The position numbers and the translations under genes were made by a program. A stretch of DNA of 64,000 nucleotides from an uncultured Bacteroidota bacterium (GTDB taxonomy: Bacteria; Bacteroidota; Bacteroidia; 2-12-FULL-35-15), in assembly GCA_963727705.1 (NCBI GenBank), contig CAVSHK010000042.1, forward strand, positions 7,552 through 71,551, read 5' to 3'. Shown one piece after another: positions 9,656-19,391 of this stretch. The first letter of the stretch is position 1, and the number at the start of each line of letters is the position of its first letter. The notes beneath the pieces were generated by a model. That model made no database searches, was not told the DNA's origin, and was given only the letters and a program-made list of their open reading frames with translations.

Positions 9656-10396
9656 TTAGTTGGAGCCAACACCTTGTTTTTTTGTAGTTAAACTACCATT
9701 TAAACTTGCTTTTGCCGGCTCATTAACACTTTGTTCGGTTTCTTTGGTTGCAACAGGTATACTCAATAAATCTTTCCATGCTTTAATGTTAGCAGTAATT
9801 CCTGCATTCACCTGAACAATTAATTTATCCAATATTTCCTTGTTAGCTTCAACTGCTGATACAGCAAAATCAGCATACGATTTAGTGATCGCTTCAATGG
9901 ACTGTTTCGATGAATCAAGATTAGCATCTAATTCTTTTTTAAAATTTCCTGTTAAAGGAGAAAAGGACGATTTAGTAATATCAAATTGTTTAACAATGGT
10001 ATCGAACGATTGCTGATTAAGCTTGGTCAATTCCTCCACTTGTTTGTTATAAACATCAAACACTTCCTTTACATCTTTTGAAACAGCTCCCATATCGCCT
10101 TGTTTACCAAGTTCTGCAATTTTTTTCATTGCTGCTTTTGATATGTTCGATAAAGTTTCTGCATTTTTTTGCATTTCATCAATGATCGTTTTTCCTGAAA
10201 CGCCAAAATCTACATTGGCTTTTCCATCAGCTTGTATTGAATTAATCGCTTTGTTATAAAGCTCATTCGCTACTTTTATTTGTTTGTTTTGAGTTTCAAT
10301 AAATGCAGCATTCGCATTTTGAAACCATTTGATGCCCTTGTCTACATTCTCTTTGAATGTTTCGGCAACTGCTGAAGTTGTTTTGTCTGTTGTCAT
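9656..10396 (-). CDS. hypothetical all-helical protein, putative phasin
   Basis: 246 aa, A/K/N/Q-rich amphipathic helices, low-complexity tail; first gene of the pha unit. Confidence 0.55.
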   Translation of the reverse strand: MTTDKTTSAVAETFKENVDKGIKWFQNANAAFIETQNKQIKVANELYNKAINSIQADGKANVDFGVSGKTIIDEMQKNAETLSNISKAAMKKIAELGKQGDMGAVSKDVKEVFDVYNKQVEELTKLNQQSFDTIVKQFDITKSSFSPLTGNFKKELDANLDSSKQSIEAITKSYADFAVSAVEANKEILDKLIVQVNAGITANIKAWKDLLSIPVATKETEQSVNEPAKASLNGSLTTKKQGVGSN

Positions 10397-10929
10397 TGTT
10401 TTTTTGATTTTAGATTAATACTATTATATACCGGACTAATTAATATACAAATTCAATAAAATTGCTAAGCGAATTGTTTCCTCAAAAGTAATACAATTAC
10501 AATCGCAAACACACAAATTGTTAATAACTTTATTGTAAAAATTGTTAATTTAATTTCAATTATCATTTTTATTTATTTAAAATCCGAGCATTTTTATTTT
10601 ATGCTTGTTTCCTTATTTTTGGAGTTTCCATTCTACAAAATCTCATCCTGTTTTATTTGGATTTTTCAGAATTATAAATGAACGAAACATATATGAACAC
10701 AGTATTACGCGTATATCAATAAACTATTAAATGATGTGATCACAAATAAAACAAAGAACGTTTTACCAATTTTATTTTATAATTATTTATTAATTTGCAA
10801 ACTAAAATATTATTAAGGTATTTACACTATGCAAATCAGGTTTGAATAAAAAAAACAAAAACAAGCAATTTTCATATAAAAACCTGCTTTTGCGGTATCA
10901 AATGTATATCAATATGGTTTAAATTTTAA

Positions 10930-10966
10930 TGATATTAATCATCTTCATGACGTGATTTGCATCACA
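10930..10966. promoter_or_regulatory. tandem CRP/FNR-type boxes upstream of the patatin gene
   Basis: TGAT-ATTA-ATCA (10930-10941) and TGAT-TTGC-ATCA (10953-10964, within CGTGA-N6-TCACA); -7-like TACCTTTA at 11023-11030. Confidence 0.55.
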
Positions 10967-11080
10967 ACTCATCTCATTAACAAAAATTAAAGATTAAATA
11001 TTAACCTTTCGTTCAAAAAAAATACCTTTACGCTCGTCAAATAATCATAACAATTCAATAAACCTCTTTAAATTTTTATT

Positions 11081-12091
11081 ATGCAGAAAAAAAAAATAGC
11101 ATTGGCATTGCAAGGTGGAGGGTCGCACGGAGCTTATACCTGGGGAATTTTGGAACGTTTATTAGAAGAGGATAAATTTGACATCAGAGGCATTTGTGGG
11201 ACAAGTGCCGGAGCCATGAATGGCGCTATTGCCACCTACGGGTTACACACCAGCGGTAAACAAGGTGCTATTGATTTGCTGGAAAAATTTTGGAAACGAA
11301 TAGCCCAAAGTGGAGCTTTTTCACCTATGAAATCAAGCTGGATGGATCACAGTCTCCACCCTGGAGGGCTTGATTACTCGCCCGGATACCAGTTTTTCAA
11401 CTATTTAACATCGGTTTTTTCACCTTATGATTTAAATCCATTGGATATAAATCCAATCAAAGACATTTTACTGGAGTTAATTGATTTTAACGAGTTAAAA
11501 AAAAGTGACACACAATTATTTGTAAGTGCTACGAATGTTAAAACCTGCAAACCAAAGGTATTTAATCTTTCAGAAATGAATGTTGATGCATTGCTTGCTT
11601 CCAGTTGTTTGCCATTAATGTTTAAGGCTGTTGAAATTAACGGTGAATTTTACTGGGATGGAGGATATATGGGTAACCCTCCTATATATCCACTTATTGA
11701 TGTGAACAATGCCGATGACATTTTAATTATTCAAGTAAATACGATGAATATAAATGAAGTACCAAAAACGATAAAGGATATTAACGACCGTATTAATGAA
11801 ATTAGTTTTAATAATAGTTTAATGGCCGAAATGCGTATGGTTTACTTTAAAGAAAAAATATTGAATATTGGTTATGACTTAAGAGGACGCTTACGCAAAA
11901 TATATTTTCATAGAATCAGTGCTGATACCATTTTAGATGATTTAACACTGTCCAGCAAATTTAATGTTGCATGGCACTTTTTAAATGATTTGCGCCAGAG
12001 AGGCAGAACTGTTGCAGAAAAATGGCTTGCAGAAGAATCACATCATGTCGGACACAAATCTTCATTTGATATCAAAAAGGTTTTCTTATAG
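11081..12091 (+). CDS. patatin-like phospholipase family protein (candidate PHA depolymerase)
   Basis: GGGSHG oxyanion loop, GTSAG nucleophile, YWDGGY.GNP. Confidence 0.88.
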   Translation: MQKKKIALALQGGGSHGAYTWGILERLLEEDKFDIRGICGTSAGAMNGAIATYGLHTSGKQGAIDLLEKFWKRIAQSGAFSPMKSSWMDHSLHPGGLDYSPGYQFFNYLTSVFSPYDLNPLDINPIKDILLELIDFNELKKSDTQLFVSATNVKTCKPKVFNLSEMNVDALLASSCLPLMFKAVEINGEFYWDGGYMGNPPIYPLIDVNNADDILIIQVNTMNINEVPKTIKDINDRINEISFNNSLMAEMRMVYFKEKILNIGYDLRGRLRKIYFHRISADTILDDLTLSSKFNVAWHFLNDLRQRGRTVAEKWLAEESHHVGHKSSFDIKKVFL

Positions 12092-12154
12092 AAGTTTATT
12101 TGTTGGGTACTATTATAGATAAATGGAATAATTCCTATATTAAATATTACAACA

Positions 12155-12202
12155 GATGCTGAATTATACTTCGACAAGCTCAGTACTGGCGTTCAGTATG
12201 AC
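12155..12202. repeat. REP-like palindromic element (nested)
   Basis: GATGCTGAA...TTCAGTATGAC shell with an inner ACTTCGACAAGCTCAGT; related to 715-792 and 30314-30336. Confidence 0.55.
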
Positions 12203-12258
12203 GACCTATTTAATCGTTTAGATAGCGGTTTATTATAAGATAAACATAGGTAAGATAC

Positions 12259-12302
12259 AAAAGAAAAAGCCCTTCCAAATTTAAGGAAGGGCTTTTTCTT
12301 TT
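12259..12302. terminator. bidirectional intrinsic terminator
   Basis: AAAAGAAAAAGCCCTTCC-loop-GGAAGGGCTTTTTCTTTT between convergent genes. Confidence 0.85.
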
Positions 12303-12313
12303 TACTCTTTTAA

Positions 12314-14107
12314 TTAAAAACAATATTTGTTTTCTTTGATCAATAAATCAGCAACAACTCTGCGAGCAACTTTAGTATTTAAAGGAGATGTTTTAGTGAA
12401 ACGTTTTAATCCACTTAACATTCCCATGCGCTCATCACCTTCTGCAAAGCTATTGATTGCATCTCTTCCTGCTTTTGCAATTTTATCTGCTGCATCATAA
12501 ATATAAACACGCATCATTTCCAATTGCTCTTTGCAAGCTTCTTCTCCACGTTGGCTTACTAATTTTTCTACACGCAATTGAAGAGACTCTGCAACATACG
12601 TTTCAATGTACATATCAGCTATGTTAATTAATATCTCTTGCTCTTCACCTAATTTTTGCATGAATTTTTGTACAGCAGCACCACTTACCATCAATATCGC
12701 TTTTTTGAATTTCTTAAGAGCTTCTTTTTGTTCTGAGAACAATGTTGGTTCTGATGTATCAAAATCAGGAATGCCCATGATTTCTTTAGCTACAGCCATC
12801 GAAGGAGTCATTAAATCAAGTTCTCCTTTCATCGCTTTTTTCATCATCATATCGATGATTAACATACGGTTGATTTCGTTTGTACCTTCAAAAATACGGT
12901 TGATACGAGAATCGCGGTAAGCTCTTTCCATTGGTGCTTCTGCACTATAGCCCATACCACCATATACTTGTAATCCTTCGTCAGTAACAAAATCTAACAC
13001 TTCAGAAGCATGTACTTTTAAAATCGCAGCTTCTACTGCAAATTCTTCAACACCTTTTAATTTAGCTTGTAATTCATCCATTCCACCTGCAATGTATGCT
13101 TTAGTAGCTTCTTCCATATTCATACTTGCTCTGTATGTAGCAGCCTCACTAGCATAAATACGAATAGCAGCCTCAGCCAATTTTTGTTTGATAGCTCCAA
13201 ATTCTGAAAGTGATTTGTTAAATTGTTTACGTTCGTTAGAATAGTTAATTGCATGGCTCAATACTATTTTAGAACCACCCAATACGCCACCGGCAAGTTT
13301 AATACGACCAAGGTTAAGGATGTTAACAGCTATTTTAAATCCATCGCCTCTGTTTGCTAATAAATTTTCAACCGGAACTTTGCAGTTTTCTAAAAACACC
13401 TGACGAGTAGAGCTTCCTTTGATACCCATTTTTTTCTCTTCAGCATTTAAAGTAACTCCACCAAAGTTTTTTTCAACGATAAATGCACTTAAGTTTTTGT
13501 CATCGTCTATTTTAGCGAATACCGTGAAAATGTCAGCAAAACCGGCATTGGTAATCCACATTTTTTGTCCGTTAAGGATGTAATGTTTACCATCAGCCGA
13601 AAGAGTTGCTTTTGTTTTTCCTGAGTTAGCGTCGGAACCTGCACTTGGCTCAGTTAAGCAGTAGCATGCTTTCCACTCACCGCTTGCCATTTTAGGAATG
13701 TATTTTGCTTTTTGCTCTTTGTTACCATAGTAAAGTGTTGGCAACATACCAATACCTGTGTGAGCACCTAAAGCGATGCCAAATGATCCGCCACCACCCA
13801 ATTTTTCGGTAACAAGCATTGATGTTGTAAAATCTTTACCGTATCCACCGTACTCTTCAGGTACTGAAATACCTAATAACCCAAGCCCTGCTGCTTTGTC
13901 TAATAGTGATGGCATCAATCCTTCTTCCAAGGTATCAATACGATCCATAATAGGAGCAACTTCTGAAGATATAAAATTAGAACAGGTTTCCCCAATCATA
14001 ACTTGCTCTTCGCTCCAGTTTTCAGGAATAAATATATCCTGTGCGTCTGTTTCTTTAATAAGGAACTCTCCTCCTTTTAAAGTTAAATTTGTTGTTGTTG
14101 TTGACAT
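12314..14107 (-). CDS. acyl-CoA dehydrogenase (FadE/VLCAD-like)
   Basis: YCLTEPSAGSDA, NGQKMWITNA, EKKMGIKGSST, YGGMGYSAE, RDSRINRIFEGTNEI. Confidence 0.93.
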   Translation of the reverse strand: MSTTTTNLTLKGGEFLIKETDAQDIFIPENWSEEQVMIGETCSNFISSEVAPIMDRIDTLEEGLMPSLLDKAAGLGLLGISVPEEYGGYGKDFTTSMLVTEKLGGGGSFGIALGAHTGIGMLPTLYYGNKEQKAKYIPKMASGEWKACYCLTEPSAGSDANSGKTKATLSADGKHYILNGQKMWITNAGFADIFTVFAKIDDDKNLSAFIVEKNFGGVTLNAEEKKMGIKGSSTRQVFLENCKVPVENLLANRGDGFKIAVNILNLGRIKLAGGVLGGSKIVLSHAINYSNERKQFNKSLSEFGAIKQKLAEAAIRIYASEAATYRASMNMEEATKAYIAGGMDELQAKLKGVEEFAVEAAILKVHASEVLDFVTDEGLQVYGGMGYSAEAPMERAYRDSRINRIFEGTNEINRMLIIDMMMKKAMKGELDLMTPSMAVAKEIMGIPDFDTSEPTLFSEQKEALKKFKKAILMVSGAAVQKFMQKLGEEQEILINIADMYIETYVAESLQLRVEKLVSQRGEEACKEQLEMMRVYIYDAADKIAKAGRDAINSFAEGDERMGMLSGLKRFTKTSPLNTKVARRVVADLLIKENKYCF

Positions 14108-14135
14108 TTTTTTAGTTTTTAGTTCACATTTAACC

Positions 14136-14205
14136 GTTCGCTGAGGCTCTCGAAGCGAACATTATATATTCTTTATCCCAGGTAGTTTCGAGAACCTCAA
14201 CCACC
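14136..14205. repeat. inverted pair of REP-like hairpins
   Basis: GTTCGCTGAGGCTCTCGAAGCGAAC (14136-14160) and GGTAGTTTCGAGAACCTCAACCACC (14181-14205). Confidence 0.6.
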
Positions 14206-14217
14206 TTTTGCTATAAT

Positions 14218-15397
14218 TTAGTTTAATAATTCAAAAATACCTGTAGCACCTTGTCCTGTACCAACGCACATTGTAACCATTCCGTACTTTTGTTTTCTTC
14301 TGCGCATTTCATTTAACAGCTGAACGGTTAATTTAGCACCTGTACAACCCAATGGATGTCCTAATGATATTGCACCACCGTTTACATTTACTTTCTCAGG
14401 ATTAATGCCTAATTCTCTAATAATAGCTACTGATTGAGATGCAAATGCTTCATTCAATTCAATTTGGTCAATTTGATCCAATGTCATTCCCGCTTGTTTC
14501 AATGCTTTTGGAATTGAATAAATTGGTCCGATACCCATGATACGAGGAGGAACACCTGCAACGGCATATGTTACTAAACGCGCAATTGGTTTTAAGTTAT
14601 GTGCCTCTAAGAATTTTTTGTTGCAAATCATTACAAATGCAGCACCGTCGGATGTTTGCGAAGAATTACCCGCAGTAACACTACCTCCTTGGGCAAACAC
14701 CGGTTTTAGTTTTGCCAAAGCGTCTAATGTTGTACCTGCTCTTGGTCCTTCATCGGTATCAAAAACGAACTCTCTTGTTTTTTTCTTTTCGTTTTCATCT
14801 AAGTATGTTTCTGTAACAGTTATGGGAGCAATATCGTCCTTAAATGTACCGTCAGCAATAGCTTTTAACGATTTTTCATGCGACTTCACTGCAAATGCAT
14901 CTTGCTCCTCGCGAGAAACTTTATACTCACTTGCAACAGCCTCTGCTGTTAAACCCATGCTCCAATACTCGGTTCTGTCAGATTTTGCAATATTCAGGAT
15001 CCGGTGCAACTTTCCATCCGCTGAATGGAAGTAAACTCATTGACTCAACTCCACCGGCTATGATACAATCAGCCATTCCTGAGTTGATTTTTGCCGAAGC
15101 AATGGCGATGGTATCTAAACCGGAAGAACAAAAACGGTTAACGGTTTCACCCGGAACTTTATCCACTCCTAAGCCTTGAAGGGCAAGGTGTCTTCCCATG
15201 TTTAAGCCTTGTTCAGCTTCTGGATTAGAACAACCAACAATTAGGTCGTCAATTTCCTCCGGTTTAACATTTGGAACATTTTTCATTAAATGTTTAATTA
15301 CCTGAGCTCCCAACTCTGTAGGAAAGGTGCTCTTAAGAGAGCCTTTTCCGGCTTTTCCTATCGCACTTCTGTAACCTGCTACTATATATGCATCCAT
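14218..15397 (-). CDS. fadA: acetyl-CoA C-acyltransferase (thiolase), split by a +1 frameshift near 14992
   Basis: N-half has NRFCSSGL and AGGVESMS; C-half has [17 protein letters not shown] and TMCVGTGQG. Removing one base at GAA-T-ATT joins the two ORFs. Confidence 0.9.
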
Positions 15398-15412
15398 GTT
15401 TATCTTTTTTTT

Positions 15413-15515
15413 GCCCCTCCAACCTCCCCTGAAGGGGAGGCTCTTGAGCGATTAATATTCCTTAAATTAATAGTTTAATAATTTTATAAAATGCTCCCCT
15501 TTAGGGGTTGGGGGC
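15413..15515. repeat. inverted pair of GC-rich REP-like palindromes
   Basis: GCCCCTCCAACCTCCCCTGAAGGGGAGGC and GCTCCCCTTTAGGGGTTGGGGGC. Confidence 0.65.
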
Positions 15516-17891
15516 TTAGTTTCTCAACACTTTACCTTTTGTAAGCATGCTTTGGATACGCTCAAGCGTTTTTCTTTCTGCACACAGTTGTACAAATGCC
15601 TCACGCTCTAAATCCAACAAATATCTCTCACTTACTTCAGTTGGTGCGGATAAATCTCCACCACTTAACACATAACCCAATTTCTCAGTCATTTTTTTGT
15701 CGTGCTCACTAATGAAGTTTGCATCTTTAAAAGAAGCAGCTCCCATATACGCCAGACCTAAAGACTGGTTGCCTAGTACGTGAATATCTTTACGTGGTAT
15801 TGGTTGTGTATATCCGGCATCTGCTAATGCAAGACATGTACGCTTAGCTTCCGATAACAATAAATCACGATTAACAACAACTCTGTCACGTCCTCTTTTT
15901 AAGAATCCCAGTTCAAAAGCTTCTTCTGCAGATGTTGATACTTTTGCTTGTCCAATAGTAACGAATGCTTCCTGAAAATCATTTAGTTCTAAATCGCCTG
16001 ATTTTCTGTTATCAGAAATACGCAATGCCATTTCTTTAATACCGCCACCAGCTGGTATTAATCCTACTCCAAATTCTACCAATCCCATATAGGTTTCAGC
16101 ATGAGCTACTACAGCATCGGCATGTAGGTTAATTTCACAACCACCACCTAAAGCCATATTATGGGGAGCTGTTACAACAGGTATTGAAGAGTAACGAACA
16201 CGCATCATTGCAGTTTGAAATTGTCTGACAGATATGTTAATATCATCGTATTCTTGCTCTGCAGCCAACATAAATACTTGACCCAAGTTAGCACCAGCAC
16301 AGAAGTTTTCTCCTTCATTTGATACAACCAGACCTTTGTAGTTTTTTTCAGCCATTGCAATTGCTGTGATAAGACCTTCAACAGCATGATTGTTCAATGA
16401 GTTCATTTTGGTATGGAACTCAAGGTTAAGAATGCCATCTCCAATATCGAAAATAGTAGCACCTTCATTTTTCCATACCACTTTAGTTTCGCGTATGTCA
16501 TCTAAAGCAATTGCAGCTTCAGTACCCGGAATAACTTTATACGATTTAGAAGGTATATCGTAGTATTTGCGTTGTTCGTTTTCTACTTTGTAGAATGTTT
16601 TGTTGCCACCGGCTATCATGTCGGTTACCCATTGAGCAGGTTTTAATCCCGCAGCTTCCATTAGCTTAATACCCTCTTCTACTCCAATAGCATCCCAAAT
16701 TTCAAACGTTCCGATTTGCCATGCGTATCCGGCACACATTGCCTGATCAATTTTATAGAATTCATCAGTAATTTCAGGTACGCGGTTGCTAGCATATGCA
16801 AAACCTTTCGTAAGCACTTCTCTGTAAAAATCGGCAGCCTTATCGGTACCTTTTACCAGTACTTTAAATCTGTCTCTTAAATTTTCTACCTTTTTAGCCT
16901 TGCCAAGAGTGTCAAACTGAGGTTTAGTGGCAGGTTTGTATTCTAATGTTTTAAGGTCTAAACTTAAAATTTCTTTTTTGCCATCAGCAGATTTTACTTG
17001 TTTGTAAAAGCCTTGTCCGGTTTTGCTTCCCAACCATTTGTTCTCCAACATTTTTTTAACATACTCAGGAGTTTCAGCAGTGCTAAGTACTTCATCGTTA
17101 GGGCAAGCAGCTACCAATGATTTAGTAACTAAATCGTGTGTATCCATACCAACAATATCAAGCGTACGGAAGGTTGCAGATTTTGCTTTTCCAAATACAG
17201 TTCCTGTTAAAGCATCAACTTCATCTACTGTGAAATCAAACTTTTTAATTGTTTTTTGCAGGTTTATTCCATTACCAACCCCAATTCTGTTAGCAATAAA
17301 ACCTGGAGTATCTTTACATAAAACAGTAGTTTTGCCTAAAAATCTACGGCCGTAATTCATTAAGAAATCAATGATCGCCGGATCTGTTTTAGGTCCCGGT
17401 ATGATTTCCAATAATTTTAAGTAACGAGGAGGATTAAAGAAGTGGGTTCCGCAGAAATGTTTTTGAAAATCTTCGCTGCGTCCTTCGCTCATTAATTTCA
17501 TAGGAATACCTGAAGTATTTGAGGTTACAAGAGTTCCTTGTTTACGGAATTTTTCAACGTTAGCATATACTTGTTGCTTAATATCTAAACGCTCAACAAC
17601 AACCTCTACAACCCAATCACAAGTTGCAATGTCTTTCATGTTGTCATCAAAATTACCTGTAGTAATTCTGCTGGCAAACTTTTTAGAATAAATTGGTGAT
17701 GGTTTTGATTTTAATGCAAAATCAAGCGCATCATTAACAATTTTGTTCCTGCTTTTTTTGTCTGTTCCTGCATCTTTAGGAACAATGTCGAGTAATAATA
17801 CTTCAACTCCAATGTTGGCAAAGTGGCATGCGATACGGCTTCCCATAACACCTGATCCCAAAATGGCAACCTTTCTAATAGCTCTGTTCAT
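15516..17891 (-). CDS. 3-hydroxyacyl-CoA dehydrogenase / enoyl-CoA hydratase (FadN-like)
   Basis: GSGVMG, SNTSGIP, HFFNPPRY, GFIANRIG; C-terminal crotonase motifs GGGCE and LVEFGVGLIPAGGG. Confidence 0.93.
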   Translation of the reverse strand: MNRAIRKVAILGSGVMGSRIACHFANIGVEVLLLDIVPKDAGTDKKSRNKIVNDALDFALKSKPSPIYSKKFASRITTGNFDDNMKDIATCDWVVEVVVERLDIKQQVYANVEKFRKQGTLVTSNTSGIPMKLMSEGRSEDFQKHFCGTHFFNPPRYLKLLEIIPGPKTDPAIIDFLMNYGRRFLGKTTVLCKDTPGFIANRIGVGNGINLQKTIKKFDFTVDEVDALTGTVFGKAKSATFRTLDIVGMDTHDLVTKSLVAACPNDEVLSTAETPEYVKKMLENKWLGSKTGQGFYKQVKSADGKKEILSLDLKTLEYKPATKPQFDTLGKAKKVENLRDRFKVLVKGTDKAADFYREVLTKGFAYASNRVPEITDEFYKIDQAMCAGYAWQIGTFEIWDAIGVEEGIKLMEAAGLKPAQWVTDMIAGGNKTFYKVENEQRKYYDIPSKSYKVIPGTEAAIALDDIRETKVVWKNEGATIFDIGDGILNLEFHTKMNSLNNHAVEGLITAIAMAEKNYKGLVVSNEGENFCAGANLGQVFMLAAEQEYDDINISVRQFQTAMMRVRYSSIPVVTAPHNMALGGGCEINLHADAVVAHAETYMGLVEFGVGLIPAGGGIKEMALRISDNRKSGDLELNDFQEAFVTIGQAKVSTSAEEAFELGFLKRGRDRVVVNRDLLLSEAKRTCLALADAGYTQPIPRKDIHVLGNQSLGLAYMGAASFKDANFISEHDKKMTEKLGYVLSGGDLSAPTEVSERYLLDLEREAFVQLCAERKTLERIQSMLTKGKVLRN

Positions 17892-17923
17892 GTTATTATT
17901 AGTTTTAATTTATATATAAATCT

Positions 17924-18376
17924 TTATATTTGTTTTAATTCTTTTAAACGCTCTTCAGCCATATCCGAAATTTCGTTAAGAATAACCATCATTTCATCTT
18001 TACGTTTTGTTCCGATTTTTTTTTCAAGCATTTCATTAAAGTTACGTACAATGCTTTTTGCAGATTCTTTTTTCTTTTGCCCTTTTTCGGTAAGCGTTAT
18101 TTTTACTTTTCGTTTGTCAACCGTTTCTGCTTTTCTAACAATCAATCCTGCATCTTCCAGTGTTTTAATCATTCGTGATAAAGACGAACTTTCCATTCCC
18201 ATCATGGGAGCGATATCCGAAGCATAAGATCCTTCTTTACTATTTATATTTAATAAAAAATAAATTCCGGCAATGGTATCGCCATATTTTGCAGCTTCAG
18301 CAAAATACATCCTACCTATAAGCTGCCATGTTGATTTAAGCTTTGAATCTATTGTTTCGTTATGTATTTTTTTCAT
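17924..18376 (-). CDS. MarR-family transcriptional regulator
   Basis: SSLSRMIKTLE..GLI.R...DKR...I.LTEKG; ATG at 18376. Confidence 0.88.
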   Translation of the reverse strand: MKKIHNETIDSKLKSTWQLIGRMYFAEAAKYGDTIAGIYFLLNINSKEGSYASDIAPMMGMESSSLSRMIKTLEDAGLIVRKAETVDKRKVKITLTEKGQKKKESAKSIVRNFNEMLEKKIGTKRKDEMMVILNEISDMAEERLKELKQI

Positions 18377-18399
18377 GCAAATTAAAAAGTAAAGCGACA

Positions 18400-18425
18400 A
18401 ATTTATTATGCAAACATAATAAATT
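18400..18425. promoter_or_regulatory. palindromic operator, likely MarR site
   Basis: AATTTATTATG-CAAA-CATAATAAATT with perfect 11-bp arms, about 24 nt upstream of marR. Confidence 0.65.
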
Positions 18426-18540
18426 CAAAACGAAGGTACAATAAATTTTGAGTTGAAAAAGATTCGATGTAAAAATTTAGACGATTGGTTAATATTTCTT
18501 TTTTTTAATGAAAATTTCATCCTTTTTAGTTTGACTTCAG

Positions 18541-19251
18541 CTACTCCTCCACTTTATGATGTAATGATTCTTCAGCAGTTTTAACAATCACTTTATGAGC
18601 AGTTTCTTCTCCTAAATAATTATCTACCATTTTGTGCCCAATGTAAATTAAAGGGGTTAAAACAATTGCTATGATCAATTTAAAGGTATATCCGGTTAAA
18701 GCCGCGTTGATAAATACTTCGGTGGTCATTTTGCCGGGTAACCAAAAGGCAATTCCCAACACTACAAATGTATCCACCAATTGCGAAATAACGGTTGAAC
18801 CGGTACTTCTGAGCCAAATCATTTTGCCACCTGTTTTATCACGTAAAAGCCAAAATATAAATACATCAATAAATTGTGACGTTAAAAAAGCAACAATACT
18901 TCCTACAATTATCCACAAACTTTGTCCGAACACTGCAAAAAACTGTTCGTCGGTAACTACTGAAATACCAATAGCTGCAGGAACTTTGATAGCAAAATAT
19001 AAAACAACAAAGGCATAAGCAATTAATGAAGCGGTAAGAATGGACAACTTCCTCACTCCCACCCTACCATAATATTCATTAATTAAATCGGTAGTTAAAA
19101 AAACGATGGGCCAGGGAATAATACCAATGCTCATTACAAACGGTCCCATTTGTATTAACTTAGCACCAATTAATTCTGCTACAACAGCATTAGTAATAAA
19201 CAAGCCGGCAAGTACAGTAAATACGGTATTTCGTTTATCGGAAAATATCAT
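18541..19251 (-). CDS. queuosine precursor transporter (YhhQ/VUT family)
   Basis: TD.INEYYG, GSIVAFL.SQF.DV, WLR..GST..SQLVDT. Confidence 0.88.
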   Translation of the reverse strand: MIFSDKRNTVFTVLAGLFITNAVVAELIGAKLIQMGPFVMSIGIIPWPIVFLTTDLINEYYGRVGVRKLSILTASLIAYAFVVLYFAIKVPAAIGISVVTDEQFFAVFGQSLWIIVGSIVAFLTSQFIDVFIFWLLRDKTGGKMIWLRSTGSTVISQLVDTFVVLGIAFWLPGKMTTEVFINAALTGYTFKLIIAIVLTPLIYIGHKMVDNYLGEETAHKVIVKTAEESLHHKVEE

Positions 19252-19391
19252 TTGATTGAAATATTAGAAGATTGAAACATTGAATTGCAATTAGTTTTAC
19301 AAACTTAATTCAAGTATTTGTAATTTGTAAATAATTCGTAATTCGTAGTTATATAACTTTTTAACTTTGCACCCTACAACTTTAACCTTTC

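Noticed and set aside
14218-15397. Thiolase as a dedicated phaA or a true pseudogene
   Set aside because: It sits in the standard beta-oxidation operon and has one indel with all catalytic motifs intact
19252-19390. preQ1 riboswitch upstream of the queuosine precursor transporter
   Set aside because: No preQ1 stem or A-rich tail recognised; the region is short 7-8-nt low-complexity repeats (ATTGAAA, TAATTCG)
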